This document shows positions 12,292 to 26,414 of a stretch of 64,000 nucleotides of DNA, piece after piece. Position 1 is the first letter of the stretch; each line of letters opens with the position of its first letter. Origin of the DNA: Trichoplax sp. H2 (taxonomy: Eukaryota); contig NOWV01000027.1 of assembly GCA_003344405.1 (NCBI GenBank), positions 248,001 through 312,000 of the forward strand, given 5' to 3'. The translations under genes and the position numbers were made by a program. The notes beneath the pieces are model-generated. The model was given only the letters and a program-made list of their open reading frames with translations, was not told the DNA's origin and made no database searches.

Positions 12292-15200
12292 ATGGAAACT
12301 AACCAGGAACCAAGAGAAACAACAAGTTTAATGGCGTCTAGGATGGATACAAGCCGTCGTTCAACTTATACCGATTCAGAAAGCGTAAGCTATAAAGTAG
12401 ATGGATATTTTCTAATCGATAGGGTTCAGAGTGGATTGATCTTTTCTGTTTGCAAGTCCACAACTAAAATGATGTGGTAAAATAGCCAATGATGAACTGA
12501 TTCAATGGTTGTGTCAAGCAAGACTTTATGCAACTTATCTAGGCTTACGTGGAACTGAGTCAAGTTTTTATCCTTCCTTTTGATATCGTTTCTCCTACGT
12601 TAAGGAATATGAATTGATTTTTCCAACCTTGTTTATATACTGTACAGTACAGTCATGGACTAGTGTGATTGGATACTGTATAGTATCTGCAGTACTACTC
12701 CATGATACAGTATACCAGTAGAGGTGATGCACTTCTACTCTACTTCACTGTATGAAATGATCCTCTAGGAGAGTAAAAGAGGCTCAATTTTGATGCGCTT
12801 TCGTACCATTCTAATATTTTGCACTTAGTAAACGAGTAGAGTCTTCAAAATTTCAAACAGAAGTAGCCATAGTGCTTCCATCTTGAACTAGATGCTGATG
12901 CCCGTACATTTCCTTAACTGTAATATAGTGTCACGGCATAATAGGTAAAGTTCAACAAAGTTGTTCAAGTCAATAAATCAATTTTGACGCGCTATTGCTG
13001 CCTATGATAATAGTTTAGATTCGATAGACGGGTATTATCTTATAATTTTAAAAAGAAATAGTGTATAGCGCTTCGATTTCTAGTTGTAAAATCATAGAAA
13101 TTCATGAGCTATAGCAATAATGAGACAGTACTGTATAGAAACGGTAATGACATCATTTTATACACTCGTAAATACACGGGTATAGTCTTACAACAGAAAT
13201 AGTACGATATCGCTTCTATTTTTAGCTTTTAGACGGTTAAAATTTGGGCTGTAAATACAAGCAAGATACGATTCCATTGGCATTAAATAGTACTATAGTA
13301 GATTGATCAAGTTCAGCAATTTTATGATGTTTCAATGCGGTAATGTCTTTTTAATTTACTCTCAAGGATGACGATGAGGCAAGGAACCGTAATTACAATC
13401 GAATGCCAACTGCTAGAAGAGATGAACAACAAGAAAATTCAAGTAGTCAGCAAGACGAAGATGATAGCCAATTAGTATTGAAATATGGTGCTGAACATGC
13501 TTTACAAATAATTAAACCTGTCACGATTTGCTTGATTGTGGTGGTAGCGACTATATCTACAATCAGCTTCTATACAAGACGAGGCCAATACTTGTAAGAT
13601 TTTATTCATCAAGGATAAATTCAAATTGATAATTGTATCCATGTTTTGTTTCCTCTTTACTTAAGATGATTGATAGATAGATAGATAAAAAATAGTAAGT
13701 TATTTTAAATGATGTACAGCAATTCATGCAGAAGGTATAAAACTGACTCTAAATTAAGTCAATCTTCTTTGTAGCAAACTTCGCCATCGATTTTATACCT
13801 CAGTCAATTGTTGTGTAGTGTAAATATATAATCGAGTTGTCCTGTAATAGTGCCAAAACTCTAACAATTAAAACTCGTACTAATTGTGATGCTAAGGCTT
13901 AATTCTCTTTTCACTACGATTTCTACTAGCCTATTCATTCTATCAATAAAGCTGTGTTAAATCTCAGTCATGTACAAAACTATAAAGACAAATTATATCA
14001 TAGTTTTAGACACTCTATAAATGCTACTATTATCATCCCTACTCACTAGGATTTACACTCCATTTCATGAAGAAGGAAATATTAGCGATGGACAAAAAGT
14101 TGGCGAAGCGCTGTTAAATGTGTTAATCTTGTTAGGAGTAATTATAGCCATGACTGTCTTGGTCGTTTTGTTGTACAAGTATCGCTGTTACAAGGTAAGT
14201 ATACGCCAAGTAAAATATTGTTACATTAGATTAATTTTAATATATATTAGATTATATCCTTGACGGCAGAATACGCCAATCTACTGTGTATACCTCAACT
14301 TATTGCTACATTTGTTAGAAATCCAAATTTAGGTTATTTTAAGTATACCACTAGGATGTCTTCGTATTTTGTATGACGATCCTGTAAAGATGTCTGTGCT
14401 TCTACAAGTATATCATCTACAGTAGTGGGCAGATGTAGTAGCATGAATGACAAAATTATCTTGATTAATCTATGTTACTAGTCATGTGTAGCCGTCCGCT
14501 AGCAACATGACTAAATTTTATAAGATAGTCCTATGTATTTTCCTGCAATCATTTGAGTAATGTCTATTTTTCTCTCTAGATCATCCACGGTTGGCTACTC
14601 ATCACTTCAGTTTTACTTCTCTTCTTTTTCAATTTCATCTTCTTCTTGTGAGTATACGTTAGCTGTAAGAAGATAATGTAAATATAAAATTATACAGTAC
14701 ACTTCTCATTAAAAATAATCGAAATTACTTTTCTTGTGGCAGGAATATCTTAGAGGTATATAATGTATCTCTGGATTGGATTTCAGCAGGGCTTGTTATG
14801 TGGAATTTTGGCCTAATTGGATTATTAGCTGTCCATTGGAAGGGTCCATTGATGCTTCAGCAAATATACTTAATCATTATTTCTGCATTACTGGTAAGAA
14901 TATCAATGATCATGTGAACAGGATCTGATCCATTTCCATTTAATTTCTTAAATCTGAGCGTCTCTCACCTCCTATTATTTATTTTCGATAAGGCATTAAC
15001 ATTCATCAAATATTTACCTGACTGGACAACATGGTTTGTACTTGGTGCTATTTCTTTATGGGGTAAGTAATAGTTTTGACATTGATAGATTATAATATCC
15101 ATAACGATGCATTTTTTTCGTTCGTAGATCTTGTTGCCGTCTTATGTCCTTTTGGGCCATTAAGAATTTTAGTAGAAACAGCTCAAGAAAGAAATGAGCC

Positions 15201-16147
15201 AATCTTTCCCTCCTTAATTTACTCTTGTTAGTCTTATAGTAATAATTGTATCATTGTGAGATTTTAGTTGAAATAATTTCCATTTTACCGCTTATGTACC
15301 AGCTACGGTCGCATGGATCGTTAACATGGCTACCGAAGATGAAACAGAAACAAATGATTCTCAAAATAATCAAAGCAATTCAAACACATCTCGAGGTAAA
15401 TATAAATCAGCTTAGTATCATTTTATAATCTGAAGATTATTTTTAAATGGATTGCGTAAAAAAGAATTAATCCATTGCGTTTTTGATTTTTCAACGGCTT
15501 AAATATTGTAAAGGCAATAGAAATAGAAGAAATATTCAAATTGCAGCTCCCGAAGCTGAGCCAGAAAATGCCGATGATGTCGACATAGAATTTTCAACAT
15601 CTCAACCCAATCGACATTCTGAAAATAGATTAAGGGGTATCAATGACGATGATAGTGAGGAAAGAGAAGCGACTGAAGATGAAGAAGATGATCAAAGTAG
15701 GTCTTTATTTTGAATGAGTAGGGATGAAATCCAAACAAAAAATTATTACCACCTTATCTGAGTTTAATTCACTTTCATTTAGGTGGCGTTAAGCTTGGAT
15801 TAGGCGACTTTATCTTTTATAGCATATTAGTCGGTAAAGCTGCTTCTAATAGGGATTGGAATACGACAATTGCTTGTTTTGTAGCAATCTTGATTGTATG
15901 TACAAATCAATTGATAAAACTTGAGTATTGCAAACTATTTTTCAGCTGGAAATCTAGTCCGTAATCTCTCTACGGTTTTATTATTCAATAGGGTCTTTGT
16001 ATGACATTACTATTGTTGGCAATATTCAAGAGAGCCTTACCAGCCCTTCCAATATCAATAGCTTTCGGACTTATTTTCAATTTTGCAACTAGCGGGCTTA
16101 TAGCTCCGTTTTCAGATAGTCTACAATCAAATCAAGTTTATATTTGA
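12292..16147 (+). CDS. PSEN: Presenilin (gamma-secretase catalytic subunit)
   Basis: Exons encode [79 protein letters not shown] (GxGD), ALPALPISI (PAL), ending QVYI*. Start assigned to ATG 12292. Confidence 0.97.
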
Positions 16148-17345
16148 GTCAATATAAACACTATCATCAAGCTCCATTTCATAATGAAGCCCCTTTAACA
16201 TTCTGCTGTAAAAAGTTTATATACGACATGCATACTAAGTTTTCAAATGTTGAGTACGATGTGGTTATGCGAACAGAAAAGCTGCTGCTAAGATTTTCAT
16301 AATTGGATTGCAGCCGCGTATACGAGATATACTCAGTGCCATTTAAGAAATCTGGAGTGTACAGTAATCAGTAATACCGTAATTGTTGGCACCCTAACTA
16401 CAAGGCAAATAGAAGTTACTATATTTATAGATTGCTCATCGGTAATAGGTCGTCGTATTGCTTGAGTGAAGCTTGGTAATTTAGGTTTGTTTACAGCACT
16501 TTGTCAATATAAAATAACAAATATTGATTTCTGTCCATGTAGTGTACATTTACTTTGGGCTATGATTTTTTTAAATTGTAATAAGCGACAAGGACTTTAT
16601 GTAAGTAGCCAAGATATGTACAGTTATTGTATACTGTATAATTGCTTCCTATATTGAATAATTAATTAATTGATATCAAACAGAATTCATCCAATGTTTG
16701 GATTTTATAATGTAATAATACCGAGATGATCTACACAGTTACAAATTTAAATTTCGTAAATTTTATTTCATGTAATGAGTGCTAAAATCTTGACTATATC
16801 GGATAGTGTTCGTTGTAAAAGAAATCTTTGCCAAATATGCGAAAATAAATATTGTTATTTCAGTTTTACTGTATCTGATATTTTACATGTGCTAAGCACA
16901 TATTGGTGGATATGAAAATTCTTAACTTCATAAAGGTGCTGTATATTTAAGCATGCCTTTACATAACATAACATCATATTTCGAATACTCCATTACGGTA
17001 CTCCTTATCCAACGCGATCAAGAAAGGCCATCCATTAGAATTTTTTAACAAATTTCCGTGAAGTAATTTACCATAAAAAATTTTATCATAGACATTAACA
17101 AAATATATATTATCCGCGATATTGCCTCAATGTTAGCACCATATTAACAGTTCAACCCAGAATATGATCATATATTATAAAAGGGCAAGCTGATTAATAT
17201 CAATCGAGTACAAGTGTATTGTATGATCGCTTGTAAATATAGATATTGTTCGATTACGAAATAATTTCTTCACCAATACTTTACAGTCTGCGCTATAGCA
17301 GAATAAATTTTCTATAGCTCTGAATATTTCAAAAGTAGCAATAAA

Positions 17346-20277
17346 TTAGGATTCAAGCCATTCCTTCATATAAATACACGTAGCAGGAGAAATTGCTCCA
17401 TTTTCATAACACTGGTCTATAACCTGTTGTGCCGTAATCAAATATTTAATCGTGGTGAGCAACTTGAATTTTTGAAATAAGCTACAGCAATACTGTATTC
17501 ATTAATTAAAATAGAACATACTGGGCAAATACCACAAGGCGTCTTTTCTAGACCACTTGCGTCAATTATAGGTTTAACAGCACGATAAAGCTTGAATTCT
17601 TGGCCATCAGGGTCACTTTCTATTTTCATCTCAGCTTTACCATCATAAATTAAGGTGTTTAATATGGTTTCGATATCTGTAACTGTGAGAGTGACCTAAA
17701 AAAAATCAATGATAAAAAAATTAACGGTTTATACATTTATCAACTTTACAATACGCAATACATTCATTTCATAATATGCAATTATACTGTGACCTACTTT
17801 GCTTATTTTTAGATTCGTTATAATTTTCCAAACTTCTTCTGATGAGGCGAAAGAATTATTAAGACTAATTCGAGGTCTTGCTAATTTCAATTTAGAATTG
17901 CTAGCCTAAGGATAGGTATCATTAGCTTTAACGATTGCTAGGTTTACTTATTACTGATTTACACATAGGTTTAGTGACTCTTCTACCTTTTGTACTAAAC
18001 ATCTGTAACATTGCTGATTTAGTACTTCCACAAATTCAGATTCAAAGTCTTGATCGCTATACCAAGCCCCACCCGTTACTGAAATATCGGGGTCAAGATT
18101 GAATAACATATATAATTTCTTCTTAGAAGCCTAAAATGCAAGTTATGGGAATGATATCAAGGATATTCATTACATTATGAAATAAAATTTACTGCAAAAT
18201 GCAGATCGCCATTTTCAAATAAAATCCTACGCAGTTTAAATTTACTTAGATAAAGATCATGAAATAACGATTTTTTAAACTCTATGCTAAACTTACCGTA
18301 ACTGATTTGACCGCTTTAATTAATTTCTTGCTTTCCAAATTTCTTAGGATTTTATTTAGCTGTGTCATTTGCAAGTTGCATTTTAATCTAATATCCCGGC
18401 TCCATATTCCTAGCAGTACCACACAGAGACAGCTGGAATGAGTAACTTGGAATATGATTAACTTCATTCTATCACATACCAATTTAGAATTATTATTTTC
18501 GGGTCATTTTAATCTACAGTGGGTAACGGTTGAGTATTTAGAACTCTCCAAAAAGTATAAACAACGTTTGTTTTATTCAGTTATTCGCTCCTTAAATACG
18601 TTCGATATCCAAAATTTTAAACAATATTGTTAAATACTAAATATATAATGTACTTTACTAACTAACGCCATGACCGATAGTGATGGCAGTGGATTGAACT
18701 AAACAGTGGTTAGCGAAAAATATTTACTCTTAGTCTCAGTCAGTTTTACTGGATAACACAATGAAATGGCATTGGATTCCACTACGTCAACACCTAACTT
18801 AGTTAATGCACATGAGCATCGGAAAATGAAATTCTGTATAACGTTTGACAAATAGAACTACGTATGCCATTTTCCGGCTTTGAAGTTTTTACAGAAAATA
18901 AATTTCTTTACGTTTTCCATCATCATTATGATGTAATATTTTTGTAAGTACGAATTGAATCCAACGTAGATCTCCTCCTCATTTATAGTGTGATATGTTG
19001 ATAAAATATATTTTATTTTAAATCCGAAGATATGTGCAAGAGAATAGTCCAAAAGCAATTTTAATATCTACATCAGCTTCTTAAAAGTTATTACTACCAT
19101 TTATTTACAGTACATGGATTTCAGCTATACGCGTACATGCGTTGTAAGTCCGTATAATCCCAGAATAACAGCAACCAAGCCCTACACTCACCTTTATTGC
19201 CAGCATCTCCAATAACTTGGTATACTAATTTCTCCTGTGTATTTTCACATATTGCATTTTTGCTATCCAAGATTTATAAAGACATGATCGATTCATAGTT
19301 AAAGAAATATTTAACATGGTATAATGTTCTATTGAGAATGCCTATCATTGACCGGACATACCTTACAAGATCCGGATCTTTAAGTTTATAGATTAGCTGA
19401 GAATCAGATTTAAACAAATCCAAGTTGCCCTGACATATGAATAGGTAGGAAAATGTTAATATATCATCAAAATTACCGTGCAAAAGGTAGAAATCCTGAT
19501 CCAGTTTAGAGAAAGTATAAAGATTAGTGAGCTGTGATACGCATGGAATATCGCCTGATGCCACAGTCTAATATAGGACGCATCAAAATAACTGTTATTG
19601 TATCTATTTTGTAACATTTCTCTTATGTATATGAAAGATTACTGGAAAAGTCTTTACAACAAGTTTGAAGACATGCACATTTTTGCTCGATGGCAGAAAG
19701 CATTCCCTGGTAACACAGTACTTAAGCGTGCGGGCTATGAATGGGAAGGAAGGTATTCACGACTAGTCCTAGCATGCCAGCACAGCGAGTCTGTGTCTGA
19801 GCAATATCGTATCCTCTAGTCAGCCTAAAAGTACCAATTTCTAGCATCCATATTGTCTCGCTATTGCTCCAATTCATTCATCCCTTGTACAGGATGCCGT
19901 TGGTAAAGGAGCTGTAATGTAAACTACGTGCAGCAGGAATAATGCAATGCAAATGAATACAGAGTACACAACAATCGGTAGTAGTAAGTCTATTCTGTAT
20001 GGAAAGAAATGGTAATAACTCTCAAAGCTCAAGCTATTGATTAACATCTTTACTTCATTTCATATTATCGCTGATTGAATATAGCAACATAAGCCGATTA
20101 TAATTCACTTACAGCTGATAGCAATCGATTTAATGCTGAAACTCTTTGTTCAACATTGACATTGGGCATTTCATCTTGCAGAATGCTATCCGTCAGTCCT
20201 TTAGGATGGCTTTGGCATAACGTAAGAATCTTTTTTTCTAAATCGACTAAGCTAAAATCACTATCAATGCTGTTCAT
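17346..20277 (-). CDS. POLR3F: RNA polymerase III subunit RPC6 (C39/C34)
   Basis: EKLVYQVIGDAGNKGIWSRDIR, ILRNLESKKLIKAVKSV, SVTGGAWYSDQDFESEFVEVLNQQC, C-terminal PCGICPV...C...ISPATCIYMKEWLES* with the Fe-S cysteine cluster. Confidence 0.96.
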
Positions 20278-20524
20278 TTTCGATAGTGTACACCCTTAAG
20301 ATGACAGTGGACCACTCAGTGTTATCTTCAATTCCTTTTCTCTCCTCGATTTTATCCTTTAAAATGCGATCGTCGACATGGAAATTTTTTCCTACACCGT
20401 TGTGTGTTCCATCGGCACGTTTCCTGACAACGGGCCCAAATGGTTTATTATAGGTATAGTATAGTTATATTATATGGTTTATTATAGGTATATTATGGTA
20501 CGCCAGAGCTGTACCAATTGGGGG

Positions 20525-20625
20525 TGTACAGTACAGTACAGCACACGAGTGTTACAGACCCTACAGTGTACAGTATACAGTATTACTGGACTGTGTACGG
20601 TATCTACAGTACTACAGTACTGTAT
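20525..20625. repeat. TA-CAG/CTG array upstream of POLR3F
   Basis: TACAGTACAGTACAG, TACAGTGTACAGTATACAGTA, TACAGTACTACAGTACTGTA. Confidence 0.8.
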
Positions 20626-20810
20626 TCACTCACTACGTCATGACATGACACGGCTGCGTATTTCAGCAGCCGTGTCCCGTACAGAATCGCATACCGTCTG
20701 GACTGTAATGTGGACAATACTTAGCGATGGAATGATGGCAGAGACTTATCAATCGGGTGGGAGAATGGGACGCGCCCCCACTTGGCCGCACTTATTAAAC
20801 TTATCATTTG

Positions 20811-20838
<28 letters not shown>
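20811..20838. repeat. (TA)n microsatellite
   Basis: About 14 consecutive TA units. Confidence 0.95.
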
Positions 20839-20844
<6 letters not shown>

Positions 20845-21345
20845 CTTATAATCTCGTACCAAAATTTTACCCACAAGGAAATTACGATATAAAATATTGA
20901 CATATGTTGTGTATACTGAAAAGTGAAGACTGATTTATTTAAGGATATGAAATTTTTGCGATAGATCTATCAATTATAATTAATAATAGATTAGATTATT
21001 TAATGATAATAAGAATCTAAACATGTTAGTGATATACTGTACACGTGGATTATATCGTTAATTCGTATTGACTACGAAGTTAAAAAATGAGATTATTCTA
21101 AGGGCAGAATAGTATACAGTCGTAGCTTAGAAGTATCTTATTTTAAAACTATTTTTTTTCTCTTTCTGTTACCTTTAAAATACAGTTGCATCGAATAATA
21201 CTATATCAGGCGATCAGACGTATCTGATAAATAATTGGCTTACAAGAAGACATTCTAATTGACATCATCAACAAATATACAATATCATTGTTTGGAGCCC
21301 TGATTACGTAGGTTTTCGTGGCTATAAAAGTGACAGATATGAACG

Positions 21346-24300
21346 CTATGATGACACTCCATATTCACTATTCCAACTTTCAAATTGGGCAATGGAACCA
21401 GGAGGTACACTTTTGCGAATTCTTTTTAGGGAATCCATGAAATCTTTTAACACAATATTTCGCATCTAACCAGCATAATATCACAATAATTAATTTATAG
21501 TGAACAAAATTGAACGCAATCTATTAGGACAAGCGGAACCAACCTGATTAACAGCGACTGATTGCACTTGGGTAGGACTTAATTCTGATACAAAAAGTGA
21601 TTACATATAAGCAGTTTATAAGAAAAAGAATTTTGACTACGCTTATCGAAGATTTCAAATAGGAAAATGAACGACATCAACCCCTTTACCTCTTATTGGT
21701 CCTAAAGCGGCATCCCTAGCCAACGCCGTTAAGTCGCTACATGAGTAACCTTCGGTAAGTCTGTTAATACAATAAATCGCCGTATTATATGAAATTAATC
21801 ACAAATGGAGCATTCCAGATATTGTAAAAAATTGCTACCTTGCAAGCTGACCAATATCTCGCTTGTTAAGCGGACAAGAATGTTTAGCAAGCAATTTCTC
21901 AAAGAGTTGCTTTCTCGTCTACAAACGATACAGTTATTAAAATATTAATGGCAGTCATAGTTGCTATTACGTTAGCCATGCAATGTAATAGTTTAAAATA
22001 AAGAATTACCTCAAAACTGGGTAGCGGAACGTAGACTCTTTTTACTAAACGCCTTTACATAGGAAATAAAATAGTAGTAAATACATAGATCTTTCGGTAT
22101 ATCTTAACTCATTTGTACTCAACCGAAGAGCAGCGTCATCAAGTTCTTGTGGTCTATTCGTAGCACCCATCACTAAGATACGTTCTTCGCTAGACGCCAT
22201 TACCTAATAAGATATTTTCATTAATGGTATAATTTCTATTAGAAACGGCTTATTATACTGATAATAAAAGCGTGGTAAATTATACAAATTCAGATCTTAC
22301 CCCATCGAAGGCAATTAAAAATTCCGTTTTAAGTCTCCGACTAGACTCATTTTCTCCATCTTTTCTTTCGCAAAGTAATGAATCTACTTCGTCTATTTTA
22401 ATTTATAGGTTTATAATCGAAATGAATAAATTCTATGCTAGATAATTTAAAAAAATAATATTGATCCACGATAGTTATGCATGTATACCAATGAAAATAA
22501 TTGCAGGCTGTAATTCACGAGCGACAGAAAAGAGTGCGCGAACTAATTTTTCACTTTCTCCAACCTATTCGTATTAAAATTAATCATTTTCATACGTTGA
22601 GCTAGATTGAACAGTAGTTAAATTGTAATGATTAAGAAAAAGCCAGGCAATAAAAGCATACATATTTTGACGTTAACGATGATGCACTTATATTGAAAAA
22701 TTTAGCTTTAGCTTCGCTTGCTACTGCTTTCGCCTATCGATAAATCATATAATCGTTGTTATCTATCAATGGTACAGCCTACAACGTAGGATATGAAAGG
22801 CAAATTTATATTTTACTCAGTATTAACATACCAGCATAGTTTTACCATTCCCTGGTGGTCCAAAAAGCAAGAGGCCGCGGGCTGGTGCTCGTAAGCCAGT
22901 AAAGAGCTAAATTGAAATATTGAATTTAATTACGTCATAACCTAATCCAGTGTAATAGATACAGCACGATTCATCAAACCTCTGGTCTCAATGAGGGAAG
23001 GATAACGATTTCGTTAAGTGCTTGTTTTGCGAGCTCCAAACCAGCTGAAATAAAATGTTGATAAATCTGCTTCAAAAGCTGTCGTATTTAGCATACAATA
23101 CTTAAAAATCTCAATTACTAAAATCTTTACAAAGGCATAGGTTAATTACCTATATCATTAAAATTGACGCCAGGTTTGCTTAATTTAGATCAAATATAAG
23201 TTTGAATTAATTGGATTAGGTACAAATTTAAGAACAATAGCACTTGTTATTAGTTCTACAGATTATTCTAAAACAAAATACGTATGAACCAACGTAGGAA
23301 GATTTGCTTACTCGTCTACAATTTCGTTTAATATCTTTTGAGCTATAGCAGAATCAACATTTTTTAAATTGGCGATTATATTCTTGGATTGGCTATTAGC
23401 AGCAGAACTAGGAGCAACGTCACGACTGGCAGTACTTTTGATGGTACTAGGCGGTTTACTGGGTGCTTTGCTTGCAGCAGATCTGGTTTTACTAACTGCC
23501 GCAGACGATGTTGCCGATGTACGGTTTATTGGGCGAGACTGTGTTAACTAAATAACAATATATACGCGTATCGATTAATTAATGAAATTCATATTTGAAA
23601 GAAAGGGTAAAGGTGTACATCGAAAATGATAGACTATATCGTCATGGACCTTTGCAGCAGGCATATTGCGTTTTGATGGCTTCAGATTTTTATAAGAATT
23701 GACAGGTAAACCAGTTGATTTTTCGGCAGACGTCGTTGCATCAACTGAGCCGTTGTCATTACTCATATTACTCATTAACCTAGATAATAATCCTTTTTTG
23801 CCATTCTCTTTCGTAACAGTAGGGCTGTCAATTTTAGGTGGAGTTGTATACGAATTGTACATTGACTTTTCTACAATACGTTATGATAGAATTAACAATG
23901 ACGATGCTTAGATAACCAAAATTTAGTGTAGCGATATATTTGTGAAAGATTACGCATCATTACTTGTTGCCTAATTATGAAGAATATGCTACACTATGAC
24001 CAACCTAATTCTTCTAAGCGTTCCTGTGCGTTAGCTAAATTTTCAATCATTTTATCACGGATTTTTGAAGCCTTTAGCCACTCCTCATTAGTAGAAGCAT
24101 CTAGAGTTATTAAAACATATAGGTAAACAGTACCAATCTTTCAGTAGTGTATCCAACAAAGAGTCCTAAACAGTGATATTATTGAAAACTTACCGGATGC
24201 AATATAATCAATTGAAGCACCTAATTGTAGTTCTAAAATGCCATCACGGTATAACTGTGCCGCTTGTTCCTTGGATCCTGGATGATAAGAATGAATACGA

Positions 24301-25433
24301 ATAATAAATCGTCAATTTCTTGATCACTGAATGATCATCAATCCATGTACCGACCGACGTACAGAATATTACTATATACCGCAGATAAAAATTAGCAGTG
24401 ATTGCATGCTAGGAGATTAGTAGTTCCTATAATGCCTAATATTCGGTACTAAGGCTTTGCTAATCATGTTCTAACGTCATTTATTTTACGATTAACCTTT
24501 CTGTACTGATCCAAATTCCTAATTTTTTACTTCTCGAATGAACTATATCATAACATTATAGCAATCAATGCTACTGACTCTACACAGATACTAACGTGGA
24601 GGCCATCATACTCTATTTTATCAGCTTTCTCCTGATGACGTTATTGATTAACATTTGACTGGGTGAATGATAAGCTATTACTATATCCTAACTTGAAAAC
24701 CTACTCTGATACCTACAATGATAGTCGACTATTTTGAAATAAGTTATTCTATCATTGCTGGGTGAATGAAGAGCTAATACTATATCCCGACTTGAAAAAC
24801 CTACTCTGATATCCATTACGATGGTCGATTATTTTTGAAATAAGTTAACCTATCATTGCTGACTGAATGATGAGCTAATAGAGCTATTACTATATTCTGA
24901 CTTGAAAAACCTGCTCTAATATCCACTATGATGGTCGATTATTTTGAAATAAGTTATTCTGTCATTGCTGGATGAATGATGAGCTATTACTATACCCCGA
25001 CTTGAAAAACCTGATCTAATATCCTTTACCATAGTCAACTATTTTGAGATAAGTTATTCATCATTATCACCAAAGCTGTGTTGATCATTAAAGTCTTATT
25101 CAATATCCATGATGATGATGATCTATGTATGTACAGTATATCTATGCAATAGTGGAGGTAATAATTGATAGATTGTACGAGAAGTAATACAACGATAACA
25201 TGAATGTTGAATTGATCATAGTCTTGTGAGTTATTTCAATTTGGAGCCATGGCGAAGACAGTTTTATTACATCATCAACGACGATGCCATGTCAATCAAT
25301 ACGAATAACAAGTAAATTGAAAGATGAACAAACCTCCAGTCTCTTCTAATTGTAATGCACTGGAGATGAGTTCAAAAGCTCTTTTATGATGAAGGCGAAT
25401 ACTCTTTGACGCTTCGGATGCACTCGTAGCCAT
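21346..25433 (-). CDS. SPAST: Spastin, microtubule-severing AAA ATPase (MIT + AAA)
   Basis: MIT domain ([20 protein letters not shown]), Walker [16 protein letters not shown], Walker [38 protein letters not shown], end WNSEYGVSS*. First in-frame ATG at 25433. A possible upstream extension is described under findings. Confidence 0.96.
24659..25065. repeat. Tandem repeat, about 100 bp x 4, in spastin intron 1
   Basis: Units start near 24659, 24758, 24859 and 24968 (CTGGGTGAATGA...ACTTGAAAAACCT...TTTTGAAATAAGTTA). Confidence 0.92.
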
Positions 25434-25715
25434 GATCGTTTTAATAGGTTGCTTAGCTAGACTTGGATACCATTTCCTTCGTTCTCGCTTAACAATGAAA
25501 TAAACGTAATAAGATAGGCCAGCTACTACTATCGAAAGTAGTAAAGATTGTAATAACGCCAATATGGCAATTTTGATGGATTAACAATTTGGAAATGGCT
25601 TGACGATAACGATAAAAAGCGAATTCTCAACTGGTTGCTGCAAGCTTGGTTTGAAATGGTTGAAACAAGTTTACCCCTGTCGAAGTTCTTTCCGTGACAA
25701 ACTGCCAATGCTGGC

Positions 25716-26414
25716 AGTACAGTGTACAGTCGGTCGAGGCGCCCAGAACCTAGTACTGTACTTAGTGCACTGTACACTGTACAGTGTACAGTGCAGTAAC
25801 AGTACTGCGCACTTAGTGCACAGAGAATATGACGTCAACGATACCTAGGAAATGATAATATACTGTACAGTATAACATAAACCTCTATGACTGCTGTACT
25901 CATATAGGTTAGAAAAATTTTTTTTTTTTAACCTTTTTCTTTACTCTATGGTTCTACTGCAATCTTTTCTAGACTGGACCAGAAAAATTGTACCGAACTA
26001 GAGACTCTACTGTTTTGCTTTGCTAGTCTCTAGTTAAAGATAGTACTGCTCGAAAAATACTACTGTACTGTCTATTTCTAGCAGTCTCTGCACTTGACTG
26101 AACAGTATAAATAGTCTAATGCACTGATTATAATGCGCTTCCTTAAGGCAGCCATGGACTACGACAGTGTTACTAGTCTATTCAGTAGTCCGATAGGACG
26201 CAGCATACAATATTTATAGTAGCCTGATCGTTAATAGAAAATCTGTGAGAGAAATTAATACACAGCACTGCAGCTTGCAGAAATCTTAGCTAGACCTGGT
26301 CAGGACCTTGGCAAAATCGTCAGCCTGCTCATTTCTTGTTACTTTTATAGAGTCCCAGCTTTTTACTCTACAGTACAGTACTGTACAGTACTGTACTGTA
26401 CACTGTACAGTATA
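25716..26414. repeat. TA-CAG/CTG arrays bracketing the spastin/orphan divergent promoter (25716-25872 and 26369-26414)
   Basis: 26369-26414 reads TA CAG TA CAG TA CTG TA CAG TA CTG TA CTG TA CACTG TA CAG TA TA. Confidence 0.88.

Noticed and set aside
15050..15140. Presenilin WD in place of YD at the first catalytic aspartate
   Set aside because: WD is known in invertebrate presenilins, and both aspartates are intact.
18829..18877. 9-bp stem CGGAAAATG...CATTTTCCG in a POLR3F intron as a possible H/ACA snoRNA
   Set aside because: No H or ACA box at the expected position on the host strand.
23369..23911. Plus-strand hydrophobic ORFs 23369-23551 and 23699-23911
   Set aside because: Antisense shadows of spastin exons.
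24659..25065. C/D-box-like motifs (ATGATGA...CTGA) or CRISPR-like appearance in the spastin intron repeat
   Set aside because: The motifs are antisense to the host gene and degenerate, with no recognisable rRNA guide. Whole units repeat without unique spacers.
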